A stretch of 34,479 nt of DNA from Bdellovibrionota bacterium FG-2 (GTDB lineage: Bacteria > Bdellovibrionota > UBA1018): the NCBI GenBank assembly GCA_051382305.1, contig JBBCAV010000053.1, positions 1 through 34,479 on the forward strand. Direction: 5' to 3'. Shown piece by piece: positions 18,513 through 27,875 of this stretch. Each line of letters starts with the position of its first letter. Position 1 is the first letter of the stretch. Both the position numbers and the translations under genes were made by a program. The notes below the pieces were generated by a model that saw only the letters and a program-made list of their open reading frames with translations, had not been told where the DNA came from and did no database searches.

Positions 18513-20306
18513 CTAAGGCTCTAGCTTTCTCTCAAACTGGATTTTGACCTCTTTTGCCAGATGATTGCTGCGATACGTGCACTCAAAGGGTAAGAAGGTT
18601 TTCTCGAAAGGAAATCCCGTACATTGTAGCAGGAGGTCGAATTTTTCCGAACCTTGAATCATTTGACCGGTTCCATTGAGAGTTTGTGTATCTCGGTCCC
18701 ACCGGGCCGGATCAAATACCAATGTGATCTCTGAAGGCTTGTGGTTGAGCGTTGCAAGAGTAACCGAAACCTGCAGGTTTCGCTCTGAAGGTGGAAAGAA
18801 AAGTTCCGAAATATCTTCGGTACGAGAGCGGGACTGAAAAGTTGCGTTGAGCGTGGCCACAACACTGAGTCCTTCAGGCAGTACGGCTTTCCCCTGGAAG
18901 CTTTGAGTTTGGGTTAGCGACAGGGGTGGGTGCAGTACTGAGTCCGGGGGTGTGCTTCCATCGAGTGGGGCGGCGGAGGCTGCCGAAAACTGGCCCTCGG
19001 CAATCGAGCCACCTTTGCTGGTAAAATGTTTGCAGTACCAGGAGGCAACCGTGGCGCTTTGATCGCGCTTGCAGTCAACGCGAAGTTCAACCTTTTGCGT
19101 TTGAAGAGAATAGCTTCCTGACAGAGTACCAGCTTCGCGATTGTAATGAACGCTTTCCAATAAAATGGGGTAAGATCCGTTTAAGGTAAAGCTTGCGGAA
19201 ACCGTTTGGTTTGCATTCGGGAAAAATAGCTCCGTTAACAATGACTGCTGGTCTTTGCGCGGATAGAGAATGCGAAAATCTGCCGAACGGGATTCTCCAT
19301 TTGCAAATTTCAATTGGCCTTTAAAGTTTTCGTCCCGAGAAGCAAGATCGAGTCCATCACCAGGCGCGGTTTCATTGTTTGAGGCGACAACTTTGGTTGT
19401 TGCGACCCATCCCATGGCGCCACTAAGGTGTTGGCAGGTCCAGGCAGGGTCAGTTGGAGTAATCCCTTGTTTGCAATCGAGTAGGAGATTGACCTTTTCG
19501 GTATCTCTTGTGAGTACCGTTTGCCCCGTTAGGGTTCCGACGCGCTGATCCCATTGTGCGCTTGCGTGAGAAATCACGATGGAGTCGCCATAGTTTAGCC
19601 CCACTTCAACTGTTTTTACGGGGTAAAACAGCGATAGGAATTCTTCTTCTGAGGTTCGTCGTGGATCCAAGATGACAAAATTTACCGCAAGCGTCTCACC
19701 GCTTTTGAACTCCGTGGTTCCGATGAAAGATCTCTGCCTGAGACTGAGGGCGGAATCCACGGCCTGAGTATTTGAGTCGGGCTTTTGCGCGCCCGCGCTC
19801 CCGGCTGGATTTGTACCTCCGCGGGACAATGAAAATGTCCCTCCGAAATCAGGCTGGCCCAAGGCTTCAATCGTACCCGTGAATGAATCCCCTTGGATGT
19901 TTCCCGTCAAGGTGAGTTGTTCTGTCGTTCCTGATGAGCGCACAATAGGGATATTCGCCTGAAATTTTCCCGACGTGGGGTCATAATAACTATCCTTGGC
20001 TACGGCAACGAGGGTTTGACGTCCCGTGAAGGTAAGGTTTCCCACGAGGACGGGTTGTTCGTCGGCTTTCGATACTCCGGGGGCCGTGCTGACTTGCGTT
20101 TTTGCGGCTAGAGAAAACTTCAGATCGCCCAAAACGGACTGATCAATGACCGAAGTCACTTGGCCGACATATTCGCCATCGACGGTTTGGAGCTTTCCTA
20201 AGTCCTGCTGGGTTTTTTCGCGTTTCCAATCCTCAAGGGTCCGGTCTTTCGCACAGCCAAGGCCGAAAACGGCTAAAATCATGAATATACCTATTTGTGT
20301 TTTCAT
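18513..20306 (-). CDS. Hypothetical lipoprotein with three ~120-aa internal repeats
   Basis: Signal with lipobox GLGC (Cys18), beta-rich, repeats at about aa 191-306, 325-440 and 467-591. GGAGG RBS; 1 nt from the upstream stop. Confidence 0.8.
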   Translation of the reverse strand: MKTQIGIFMILAVFGLGCAKDRTLEDWKREKTQQDLGKLQTVDGEYVGQVTSVIDQSVLGDLKFSLAAKTQVSTAPGVSKADEQPVLVGNLTFTGRQTLVAVAKDSYYDPTSGKFQANIPIVRSSGTTEQLTLTGNIQGDSFTGTIEALGQPDFGGTFSLSRGGTNPAGSAGAQKPDSNTQAVDSALSLRQRSFIGTTEFKSGETLAVNFVILDPRRTSEEEFLSLFYPVKTVEVGLNYGDSIVISHASAQWDQRVGTLTGQTVLTRDTEKVNLLLDCKQGITPTDPAWTCQHLSGAMGWVATTKVVASNNETAPGDGLDLASRDENFKGQLKFANGESRSADFRILYPRKDQQSLLTELFFPNANQTVSASFTLNGSYPILLESVHYNREAGTLSGSYSLQTQKVELRVDCKRDQSATVASWYCKHFTSKGGSIAEGQFSAASAAPLDGSTPPDSVLHPPLSLTQTQSFQGKAVLPEGLSVVATLNATFQSRSRTEDISELFFPPSERNLQVSVTLATLNHKPSEITLVFDPARWDRDTQTLNGTGQMIQGSEKFDLLLQCTGFPFEKTFLPFECTYRSNHLAKEVKIQFERKLEP

Positions 20307-20307
20307 C

Positions 20308-21000
20308 TTAGAGAACCTCCATTCGAATTCCTGCTAATATTCCTACACCCTCTAATCCAGACAATCCGCCCACGCGCTGTGGAATGGGAACGACAGCGCC
20401 CCCTCCGAGAGTCAAAAAGGATTGAGAAACGCCAACCGCTTGAAGGTTCAAGGGGAGGTTTCCCTGGATTCCGGTCTTAATCATGGCGGAAATTCCAAAA
20501 TCAGAAGCGGCGGATCCCAAAGCTGAGCTTGCGGCGCTGATCATCGTGGGCTGCAGGCTGGCCGAGGCAAAGCTGCTGAGTCTTTTGTAGCTCAATCTTC
20601 TGGGCTTGATCTCTAACCCTACCCCGAGAGAAGTTATGCTGACGTTTTGGCTCACAATCGAGGCGTTTAGCGCCGCCTGGCGTTCCAGGAGAGAATAGGA
20701 AACCTCTGCGATCCATCGGAGTTCTTCGGACGAGGTTTTTGAAAGAAGGGGCAGAAGGCTGATTGAAAGTGGTGGCATCGTTGCCGATTGAAAGCTTGTG
20801 GTGCCCGCGATTTGCGTCGGCCATACTAATTGGGCGGGGGTAAAGTTTGTTGTCGAAATTTGAACTGCCAAAGTGGCAGCAGTCTGCTCTCGGCGTGGCT
20901 TCGAAGCAGACGATAAGTTCAGTTCACTCTTAGGAATAACAAGTTCAGAGGCTGCGAGGCTAGTTTGTGAGATTAGGACTAACAAAATGAGCATTTTCAT
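20308..21000 (-). CDS. Exported hypothetical protein, possible small outer-membrane beta-barrel
   Basis: Signal peptide MKMLILLVLISQTSLA; alternating strands (LGVGLEI, FASASL, ILAGIRMEV); ATGA overlap with the upstream gene. Confidence 0.65.
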   Translation of the reverse strand: MKMLILLVLISQTSLAASELVIPKSELNLSSASKPRREQTAATLAVQISTTNFTPAQLVWPTQIAGTTSFQSATMPPLSISLLPLLSKTSSEELRWIAEVSYSLLERQAALNASIVSQNVSITSLGVGLEIKPRRLSYKRLSSFASASLQPTMISAASSALGSAASDFGISAMIKTGIQGNLPLNLQAVGVSQSFLTLGGGAVVPIPQRVGGLSGLEGVGILAGIRMEVL

Positions 21001-22745
21001 GAAGGGGCTCCTTGGAGGATGGGGACGAGGTGATCTAGGGAAATTCCGGTCGCGACGCCATACTGTTTGATGGCGTCAATATAGTTAAATTGAGCCTGGT
21101 CGAGTGCCGACTGCGCTTGGAGATAGGATTGCTCGACGGAGAGCAGCTGCAAAAAATCAGTCATCGCAAGTTTGTAGTTTCGTTTGGCTTCGTCCAGTGT
21201 TTTTTTAGCCAGTTCAAATGAAGTCTTCGCTGTTCCTATTTGTTCCCAGGCAAGATCCAGACTTTTTCGTGCGCGGATTTGCGAAAGCGAGAGCGTGGTC
21301 TCTAAATCAGCGCGTTGGGCTGCGATTTGGGCAGTTTGGGAATCGAAGTTTCGCCTTTCATAAACGGAGCTCAAGCCACTAAAAAGGGGAATTGAGAGTT
21401 GAACGCCCAGGGTCCAGGTAGTTGCGGTTCCATCAAAAAGTTCGCTCTTTGTATAGGCAGATCGACCCCAGTCGGCGGTTGCGAGAAGTTGTGGCAGATG
21501 CTTGCCCATGGCGACATTACGTTGCTCATCAACTTTGAGCGCCGAAACGGTGAGTTTTTCAAGCTCTGGGAGGCGAGTGGAAGTCGATTCTAACTGTTTT
21601 AGAAGCGCGGGGAGGGCGGGGATCGAAAAGTGAGAGGTCACATCCAAGGTCTCGGCACGCGTCTCGTTGATGAGGGAGGCGAGTTCCGAAACTGCGATTT
21701 GTAGCTGGGTGCGCGCACTATCAATGTTGCCGGAGAGCAGGGATAATTGCGTCTTAGCTTGGAGAACATCAAGGAGTTGTCCCCGTCCAATTTGATAGCG
21801 CTTTTCAGCCGTAGCTAGGGTCTCTTTTTGAATCACGTTACTTTGATTTAACGTATCGAGCTTTCGCTTTTGAAGAATGAGATTGAAAAAGGCGGTAATG
21901 ACCGAGGACTTAATCGCGCGCTCCGTAAGCGTGACGTCCAAGGAGGCCAAGTCTCGATCGTCGCGTGCCTGACTAATCGCTGCAAACATTCCTGAATAGT
22001 ACAGGGGCTGTGCCGCGTGAAGTCCTATAGCATACTGATTATAAGCTTCGCCGTCAAAGCGAGGTGTCCCTACATTTGAGGCATCTTTTTTATAAAGCGA
22101 GGACCCTTGCGCCGCAAGGGTCGGTAGGAGCTGTGAATACGGTGCGCCGGCTAGAACCTCGGTCTGAGCCAGTTTTTCCTGTGCTAATTTTAGGGAGGGC
22201 AAAGAGCCCAGGGCTCTTGTTATGGCTTGCGTAAGGGTAAGCGGCGCTTCGGCCGGCGCGCCCGAAGGCGCGGCCCAGGCGGTAGGCCCCGAAAAACTCA
22301 GTGTAAAATAAATGAGAGCAAGTACGGGGAAAATTTCTCGCAAGGCTCTGAGGCCCTTTTCGAGGGCCTGTTTTTGAGAAGGTGCAATCTGTGAAAAATG
22401 AAAATTAAGATTTTGGCAGGCATTTTCTCGAATCATGGTAATTTTAGAAAGGCCGTTCTTGGTGAGTGTGAGATGGTTTTTGCGACGGTCTTTTTTGTCT
22501 TGGATTTGAGTCACGAGATCTTGTTTTTTTAAGCCTTCTAAGAGGCGAGAGAGCGTAGGCGTGCTGACTCCGATGTTTTCGGCGAGCTCCGTTTGCGTGA
22601 GAGTCTTTTCAGCAAGGTTAGCGAGGAGGCGAAACTGGAGTAGCGTGAGATTTGCGCGCGGAACTTCGCGCATTTTCGAGCGAATAACTGACATTGCCCG
22701 CGGAATGGCATCCAAAAACTCTTCGGCAATATTTGAATCTTGCAT
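20997..22745 (-). CDS. In-frame fusion: MarR-family regulator + signal-like segment + TolC family outer-membrane efflux protein
   Basis: N-terminal MarR (LTLLQFRLL, LTQTELAENIGVSTPTLSRLL, DKKDRR..LTLT..G), then IFPVLALIYFTLSFSGPTAWA-AP, then two OEP repeats (LLPTL, QPLY, KRYQIGRGQLLDVLQA, LPQL, GVQLSIPLFSG). No stop between domains. ATG 22745 chosen as start. Confidence 0.85.
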   Translation of the reverse strand: MQDSNIAEEFLDAIPRAMSVIRSKMREVPRANLTLLQFRLLANLAEKTLTQTELAENIGVSTPTLSRLLEGLKKQDLVTQIQDKKDRRKNHLTLTKNGLSKITMIRENACQNLNFHFSQIAPSQKQALEKGLRALREIFPVLALIYFTLSFSGPTAWAAPSGAPAEAPLTLTQAITRALGSLPSLKLAQEKLAQTEVLAGAPYSQLLPTLAAQGSSLYKKDASNVGTPRFDGEAYNQYAIGLHAAQPLYYSGMFAAISQARDDRDLASLDVTLTERAIKSSVITAFFNLILQKRKLDTLNQSNVIQKETLATAEKRYQIGRGQLLDVLQAKTQLSLLSGNIDSARTQLQIAVSELASLINETRAETLDVTSHFSIPALPALLKQLESTSTRLPELEKLTVSALKVDEQRNVAMGKHLPQLLATADWGRSAYTKSELFDGTATTWTLGVQLSIPLFSGLSSVYERRNFDSQTAQIAAQRADLETTLSLSQIRARKSLDLAWEQIGTAKTSFELAKKTLDEAKRNYKLAMTDFLQLLSVEQSYLQAQSALDQAQFNYIDAIKQYGVATGISLDHLVPILQGAPS

Positions 22746-22777
22746 TGGGTTGTGTATGCAGCATTTTGTTGTGTTTG

Positions 22778-22804
22778 GCAATGATTAACATTGGTAATCA
22801 TTGC
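22778..22804. promoter_or_regulatory. Perfect 10-bp inverted repeat, candidate operator between divergent tolC-like genes
   Basis: GCAATGATTA-ACATTGG-TAATCATTGC. It abuts TTGACG (22805-22810, + strand) and overlaps TTGCCA (22776-22781, - strand). Confidence 0.65.
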
Positions 22805-22841
22805 TTGACGTTTTGCGGGGGGGCCGGTAAAAGGGGCCGGC

Positions 22842-24224
22842 ATGAAAATTCGTTTGAACGCGACACCATTGTTCCTCGGGATAATCTGTGGGCTAATATT
22901 TGGGCTTACCTCGGGCTGTCGCCCAAGTGAGGTTTTGCCCCCAGGGTGCGCCCCCGAGGGCATCACGTTGACCTCCGCAGGTGCCTCAAATGAGGCCTCA
23001 TCGGATGACACTCCTTTTGTTTTGAATCCCGATTCTCTGCGCGATGAAGTTTTGATTAAGAACACAGGCCTCATGCTTGCGGCGAATAACGTGCATCGGG
23101 CGAAAGATAGTGTTTCGATCGCGCGGGGGAACTTGCTCCCCTCCCTTAATCTTGGGGCATTGCTTTATTCGACAACGCAGAGGTCTTTTGTGCTTTCCTC
23201 AGTCGAGGCGGTTCTTCCTTTTTTGGTTCCTTCTAAATGGTTTGATTATTACAAATCCAAGCATCTGTTGTCGGCGGAAATTGGGAGCTTGGACATTATG
23301 CGGGCCAACACTTTTGCCTCAGCCCTTGCTTTGTATTTTACGAGTTTAGGAGACCTGGGATTAAGGGAACTCCTTTTTGAGGAGGCCACTGACCTGGCAG
23401 AGATTGAAGATTTTACGGAATTGGCTTTTCAAGCAGGCGTGGGCTCAGAAGAGGACTATTTGCGAGTCAAGGCGCAAAGGGCGATGGCACAGGTTTCGGC
23501 TTCGAAGCTTGACGAACTTCTAGGGGCGGAGAAGGCAATGATCCGGCATGCCTTGAGGCTGGGCTCTGAGCGTGAGATTCAAATTGAAGCTTACTCGATG
23601 AGTCCCTCTGAATGGGAATTCAAGCCTGTACAGGAGCTGGCTGATCAGGCGCTTCTCCGATCCTTGGAACGGGGTCAACTTGAAGACCTGGAAAAGGCCG
23701 CGAAACTTGATCGCTGGAGCAAGATATTTGGTTTTGTGAGTGCGGCAGGGTTAAGGACGGCGCCGGGCACCGGTGGAGCGGCTTCATTTAGTAACGTTTA
23801 TGCGTCTGAGAGTTTTTCTATCGGATTTGCTAACGTTCCTACGGTTCATCTTTCTCAACGCAATATTGATGAAATCCGTATTCGCGAGACGGAGATTCCG
23901 GCCGAACTGTTGGAAGTGAGTGAAACAAATTTAGGGTCCTTAGTGCAAGGGGCGCAACGTGAAGCGCTGGCACGTGAGGCGTGGGATGCTTTATATCATG
24001 TTGTTGAGACCAAACGCCTGCAGTTCCTCTCAGGGGTTGGAGGGATTGTGCCGTTCTTACAAGCCCGCTCGCAATTGAGACAGGCGGGCATCGAGGTGTT
24101 ACGTGCGCAGATTTTGCTCACCCAGGATCGGATTGTATTGCACCGGATTCTTCGGACCGATCTGTTTGAGAAGATTCCGAGTTGCATGCCGTCTAAAGCG
24201 GCTGCGACAGCTCATCCTGCTTAA
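22842..24224 (+). CDS. Divergent TolC/outer-membrane efflux family protein, probable lipoprotein
   Basis: Lipobox LTSGC; OEP-like features ARGNLLPSLNL, FQAGVGSEEDYLRVKA and QFLSGVGGIVPFLQAR. Confidence 0.72.
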   Translation: MKIRLNATPLFLGIICGLIFGLTSGCRPSEVLPPGCAPEGITLTSAGASNEASSDDTPFVLNPDSLRDEVLIKNTGLMLAANNVHRAKDSVSIARGNLLPSLNLGALLYSTTQRSFVLSSVEAVLPFLVPSKWFDYYKSKHLLSAEIGSLDIMRANTFASALALYFTSLGDLGLRELLFEEATDLAEIEDFTELAFQAGVGSEEDYLRVKAQRAMAQVSASKLDELLGAEKAMIRHALRLGSEREIQIEAYSMSPSEWEFKPVQELADQALLRSLERGQLEDLEKAAKLDRWSKIFGFVSAAGLRTAPGTGGAASFSNVYASESFSIGFANVPTVHLSQRNIDEIRIRETEIPAELLEVSETNLGSLVQGAQREALAREAWDALYHVVETKRLQFLSGVGGIVPFLQARSQLRQAGIEVLRAQILLTQDRIVLHRILRTDLFEKIPSCMPSKAAATAHPA

Positions 24225-27200
24225 GGCTTGCTAGCGCCTCTTTAAGTTCCTTTTGGTGTTTCGTGCCTTCCAGTCGTGAGAGCAAACTGTAGGCGCAAGG
24301 TACGACGATCAAAGTCAGTACCGTCGATAAGATGACTCCACCGATTACGACGATGGCCATGGGGCGCGTGGTTTCAGCCCCAGGGCCCAGGGCAAAGGCG
24401 GCGGGCACCGCCGCCGTCACGGTTGCCACTGACGTCATAAGAATGGGGCGCAACCGAAGGGGGCACGCGTGTAGGAGCGCGTCTTTGACGGCCTTCCCCG
24501 CCACCCTTTGGTGATTGGTGAAATCCACGAGCAGAATCGAATTCTTCTTTACGATGCCCATCAACAATAGCAGCCCAATCATACTATAGATGTTTAGAGA
24601 AATTCCACTCAAGCGCATGGCGATGAAGGCCCCGGTCACACTAAAGGGGAGAGCTAGAAGAATGGTCACCGGTTGGAGGAAACTATTGAATTGTGCGCCT
24701 AGGACCATGTAGGCCACAAAAATGCCCAAAACCAGGGCAAGAATGAGACTCTGGAAAGACTCTTTGAAGGCCTGGGAGTTTCCGGAGAGAACGACGTGAT
24801 AATCTGTGGGGAGAATTTCTTTAGCCGTTTTGTCGATAAATTCCATGGCTTGGGCTTGCGATTTGCCGGGGGTGACGTTGGCAAAAATCGAGACGGCTCG
24901 CTCGCGATTATAACGGCTGATGGTGAGCAGTGTGGGCTGCTCTTTAAGCGTGACCACTTCGGAGAGCTGGACCATTTCGCCGTGGTTGTTTCTCACCCAA
25001 ATTCGGCCGATATCGTCAGGACGGCGGTTGAATTCATCAAGCAGTTTAACTCGGATATCATCTCGGTGGCCGGAGGAATCCGTATAGCGTCCGACGCGTA
25101 AACTTCCCATCAGGGCACTAATGGTGTCGGCAATTTTTTGGATCGTGACTCCACGGGCGGCGGCTTTGACGCGATCAGGGACGACGCGCACCTCGGGCAT
25201 GTTGGGTTTGTAGTCAGTATCCACATCGGTCATCAACCCTGAGCCGTTCATCTTATCCATCATGGATTTGCTGTACTCCGCGATTTTTTCCCAATGGGGT
25301 CCTTGAATCGAGAAAGTAACGGGAAATCCGCGTGAAGAAGTGAATCCCGCTAGCGAAAGATCCATAACCGTGGCGCGCTTGACACCTGGGATTTTTGCGA
25401 GCAGAGAGCGTGCTACACCCATGAATTCTTGCTGAGTGGGGCGCGTTTTAAAGGGTTCCACAATGGGGCGATTTTTGGGATCCTTGAGATTCACGAACAT
25501 GTTGCCTGAATTGACGAGCCCCCCTTGAAAACCGCCGATGGCTACAAAGAAACCATCGACTTCAGGTCGGGCTTTCATCAATTTTTCCGCTTCACGAAAG
25601 GCGGCATCCGTTGCCTCAAGCGATGAGCCTAGGGGCATTTGCAGCGTGACCAAGAATCTGCTTTGATCTTGGGGCGGGACAAATTCTTTTCGAACATCAC
25701 CCAAAAGAAAAAGCGATCCACCAAAGAGCGCGCATGAAGCAATGACGATTTTCCATCGATGATTTAGGCAAACGGCAAGAATACGTCGGTAGGTATTTGC
25801 CATCCAGCTGAGCAGTCGGTCCATATTGCGGCCCAGAAGTCCCATGTCGCCCTGTTTCGCCGTGCTAAGGAACTGGGAGCAGCGCATGGGGGCTAAGGTC
25901 AAGGCTTCAAGAAGTGAGAGCGCGACGGCGACGGACATTGCAATTCCGAATTGATAAAAGAATTTCCCAATGACGCCTTTCATGAAAACGACCGGGACAA
26001 AGATTGCAAGAATAGCTAAGGAGGCGGCGGTGGCCGCGCCGGTGATCTCGCGGGCGCCGACCAGAGCCGCTTTTACACGGCTCATTCCTGATTCATGATG
26101 ACGAACAATGTTTTCCAACACCATGATCGCGTCATCCACGACGATGCCGATGGACAGAGATAGCGCGAGCAACGTGAAGCTGTTGATCGTGAATCCTAGA
26201 AAATAGAGCGCGATGAAGGCGCCAATCAAAGAGGTAGGGATGGCTAAGATGACGTTGAACGCTGAACTCCAAGAGCCTAGAAACAGGTAGCACACGACCG
26301 AGGTGAGAAGCGCGGATAACCCTAGCGTAAAAAGAAGTTCCTTAGTGGAGTCTTCGATAAATTTGGTGGTATCCACAACGGTGGTGAGTTTCATTCCGCC
26401 GGGTAGAAGGTCTTTAAGCTGTTTGATCTTGAGTTTGACTGCTGAGCCGACTGAGACAGCGTTGGAGCCTCGCTGTTTGAGAATACCCAAGCCCACCGCA
26501 GGCTCGCTGTTTGAACGGGAAATCCTCCTGATGTCAGCCAATCCTTCTTCGACTTTGCCAAGTTCTCCGATGCGGATGGGCCGCCAGATAGGGGCGCCAC
26601 TGCGAGCAGGAATCACAAGGTCTCGAACGGCATCCGCGCTGGTGGTTTCGCCCATGACGCGAATATTGGTTTCCTTGGGGCCGTCATTCATGAAACCCGA
26701 AGGCGAAAGGATGTTGCCAGTTATAAGCGCACTCGTGACGTCGTCGACGGCGATTTCGCGCTTACGCATTTCGTTGACGTTGAGCCAGATACGCATATTG
26801 GGATCGACATAGCCACCGAGTCTGACGTCGCCCACGCCACTGACGGTGGTAATCATGTCTTTAAGACGATCGCGGACGAACAGAGTTTTCTCACGCAAAG
26901 TGTTGGGGCCACTGAGCGTGACCCACATGATGGGTTGGTCTTCAGGGTTGGATTTTGTCACTGTGGGTGGGTCAATGTCGGTGGGGAGATTGCGTTGGGC
27001 TTGCGCGATTTTGGTTTGAACTTCTTGGACAGCAACATCGATATTGCGGCTGAGTTCAAATTCAATGGAGGTGGAGGAGGAGCCCTCTTGGCAGTTTGAA
27101 GTGACGGAGCGAATGCCTTCGATGCTCATCACGGCGTTTTCGATGACATCGGCAACGGCAAGCTCCATGGTTTCTGGGGAGGCGCCGACCCAATTGACAG

Positions 27201-27342
27201 ACACTGTGAGAACGGGAAAATCGACGTCAGGAAGTTGACTAATGCCCATCCGCAGAAAGCTGATTGTGCCAAAGACAATGAGCCCGATCATGAGCATCCA
27301 GGCAAAAACGGGTCTTCGAATGGAGATGTCTGAAAGGGTCAT
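24193..27342 (-). CDS. RND efflux transporter permease (AcrB/AcrD/AcrF family)
   Basis: SIRRPVFA, PDVDFP, GIVVDDAIMVLENI (proton relay), GIVKKNSILLVD and RLRPILMTS. About 1049 aa from the ATG at 27342. Confidence 0.95.
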   Translation of the reverse strand: MTLSDISIRRPVFAWMLMIGLIVFGTISFLRMGISQLPDVDFPVLTVSVNWVGASPETMELAVADVIENAVMSIEGIRSVTSNCQEGSSSTSIEFELSRNIDVAVQEVQTKIAQAQRNLPTDIDPPTVTKSNPEDQPIMWVTLSGPNTLREKTLFVRDRLKDMITTVSGVGDVRLGGYVDPNMRIWLNVNEMRKREIAVDDVTSALITGNILSPSGFMNDGPKETNIRVMGETTSADAVRDLVIPARSGAPIWRPIRIGELGKVEEGLADIRRISRSNSEPAVGLGILKQRGSNAVSVGSAVKLKIKQLKDLLPGGMKLTTVVDTTKFIEDSTKELLFTLGLSALLTSVVCYLFLGSWSSAFNVILAIPTSLIGAFIALYFLGFTINSFTLLALSLSIGIVVDDAIMVLENIVRHHESGMSRVKAALVGAREITGAATAASLAILAIFVPVVFMKGVIGKFFYQFGIAMSVAVALSLLEALTLAPMRCSQFLSTAKQGDMGLLGRNMDRLLSWMANTYRRILAVCLNHRWKIVIASCALFGGSLFLLGDVRKEFVPPQDQSRFLVTLQMPLGSSLEATDAAFREAEKLMKARPEVDGFFVAIGGFQGGLVNSGNMFVNLKDPKNRPIVEPFKTRPTQQEFMGVARSLLAKIPGVKRATVMDLSLAGFTSSRGFPVTFSIQGPHWEKIAEYSKSMMDKMNGSGLMTDVDTDYKPNMPEVRVVPDRVKAAARGVTIQKIADTISALMGSLRVGRYTDSSGHRDDIRVKLLDEFNRRPDDIGRIWVRNNHGEMVQLSEVVTLKEQPTLLTISRYNRERAVSIFANVTPGKSQAQAMEFIDKTAKEILPTDYHVVLSGNSQAFKESFQSLILALVLGIFVAYMVLGAQFNSFLQPVTILLALPFSVTGAFIAMRLSGISLNIYSMIGLLLLMGIVKKNSILLVDFTNHQRVAGKAVKDALLHACPLRLRPILMTSVATVTAAVPAAFALGPGAETTRPMAIVVIGGVILSTVLTLIVVPCAYSLLSRLEGTKHQKELKEALASLKQDELSQPL

Positions 27343-27350
27343 TAGTAACG

Positions 27351-27875
27351 CTAGGAAATCTTCGAATCTGTAGAATTCGAAGCGTATTCCAAATCCCATT
27401 TCATAAACGCTTTGACGAAGTCTGCTTCGGTGAGAATTCCGACGAGGGTCTTCCCATCGACCACGGGAAGGCAGCCGTACTTTTGATGAAACATCAGGTC
27501 GGCCGCGACTCTTAAGGGCATGTCGGGAGACGCGGATTTTAGATTCTTGCCCATGATCGTGTGAACTTTAACGCTTCGGTAGAGGGCTTCGGCCTCTTCG
27601 GCATCAAATGCGGCTAGTCGGGAAATGGCCAGCTTCAGAAAATCACGATGGGTCACTAAGCCCACGAGGCGTCCGGTCGCATTGATGATGGGGATATGTC
27701 GGATAGCTTTCCAATTAAAAAGGTCTTCGACGTCTTTGAGGCAATTTTCCTCAGACAGCGTAAGCGGCGCAGGCGTCATGAGGTCTCGAACTAAAGGGGT
27801 AAGAGAGGAGAATGTGGGAACTTTTTTTGCTTTATTTGCCACGACGCGCGTCTTTTTCTTCGAGGGTTTGGCCAT
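27351..27875 (-). CDS. CBS domain pair protein
   Basis: VRDLMT, IRHIPII..GRLVGLVTHRD and GCLPVVD..LVGILTEAD. Lies 8 nt upstream of the RND gene. Confidence 0.9.
   Translation of the reverse strand: MAKPSKKKTRVVANKAKKVPTFSSLTPLVRDLMTPAPLTLSEENCLKDVEDLFNWKAIRHIPIINATGRLVGLVTHRDFLKLAISRLAAFDAEEAEALYRSVKVHTIMGKNLKSASPDMPLRVAADLMFHQKYGCLPVVDGKTLVGILTEADFVKAFMKWDLEYASNSTDSKIS

Noticed and set aside
22538-23074. 178-aa minus-strand ORF across the divergent promoter region
   Set aside because: It overlaps both tolC-like genes, has no motif and crosses the operator palindrome.
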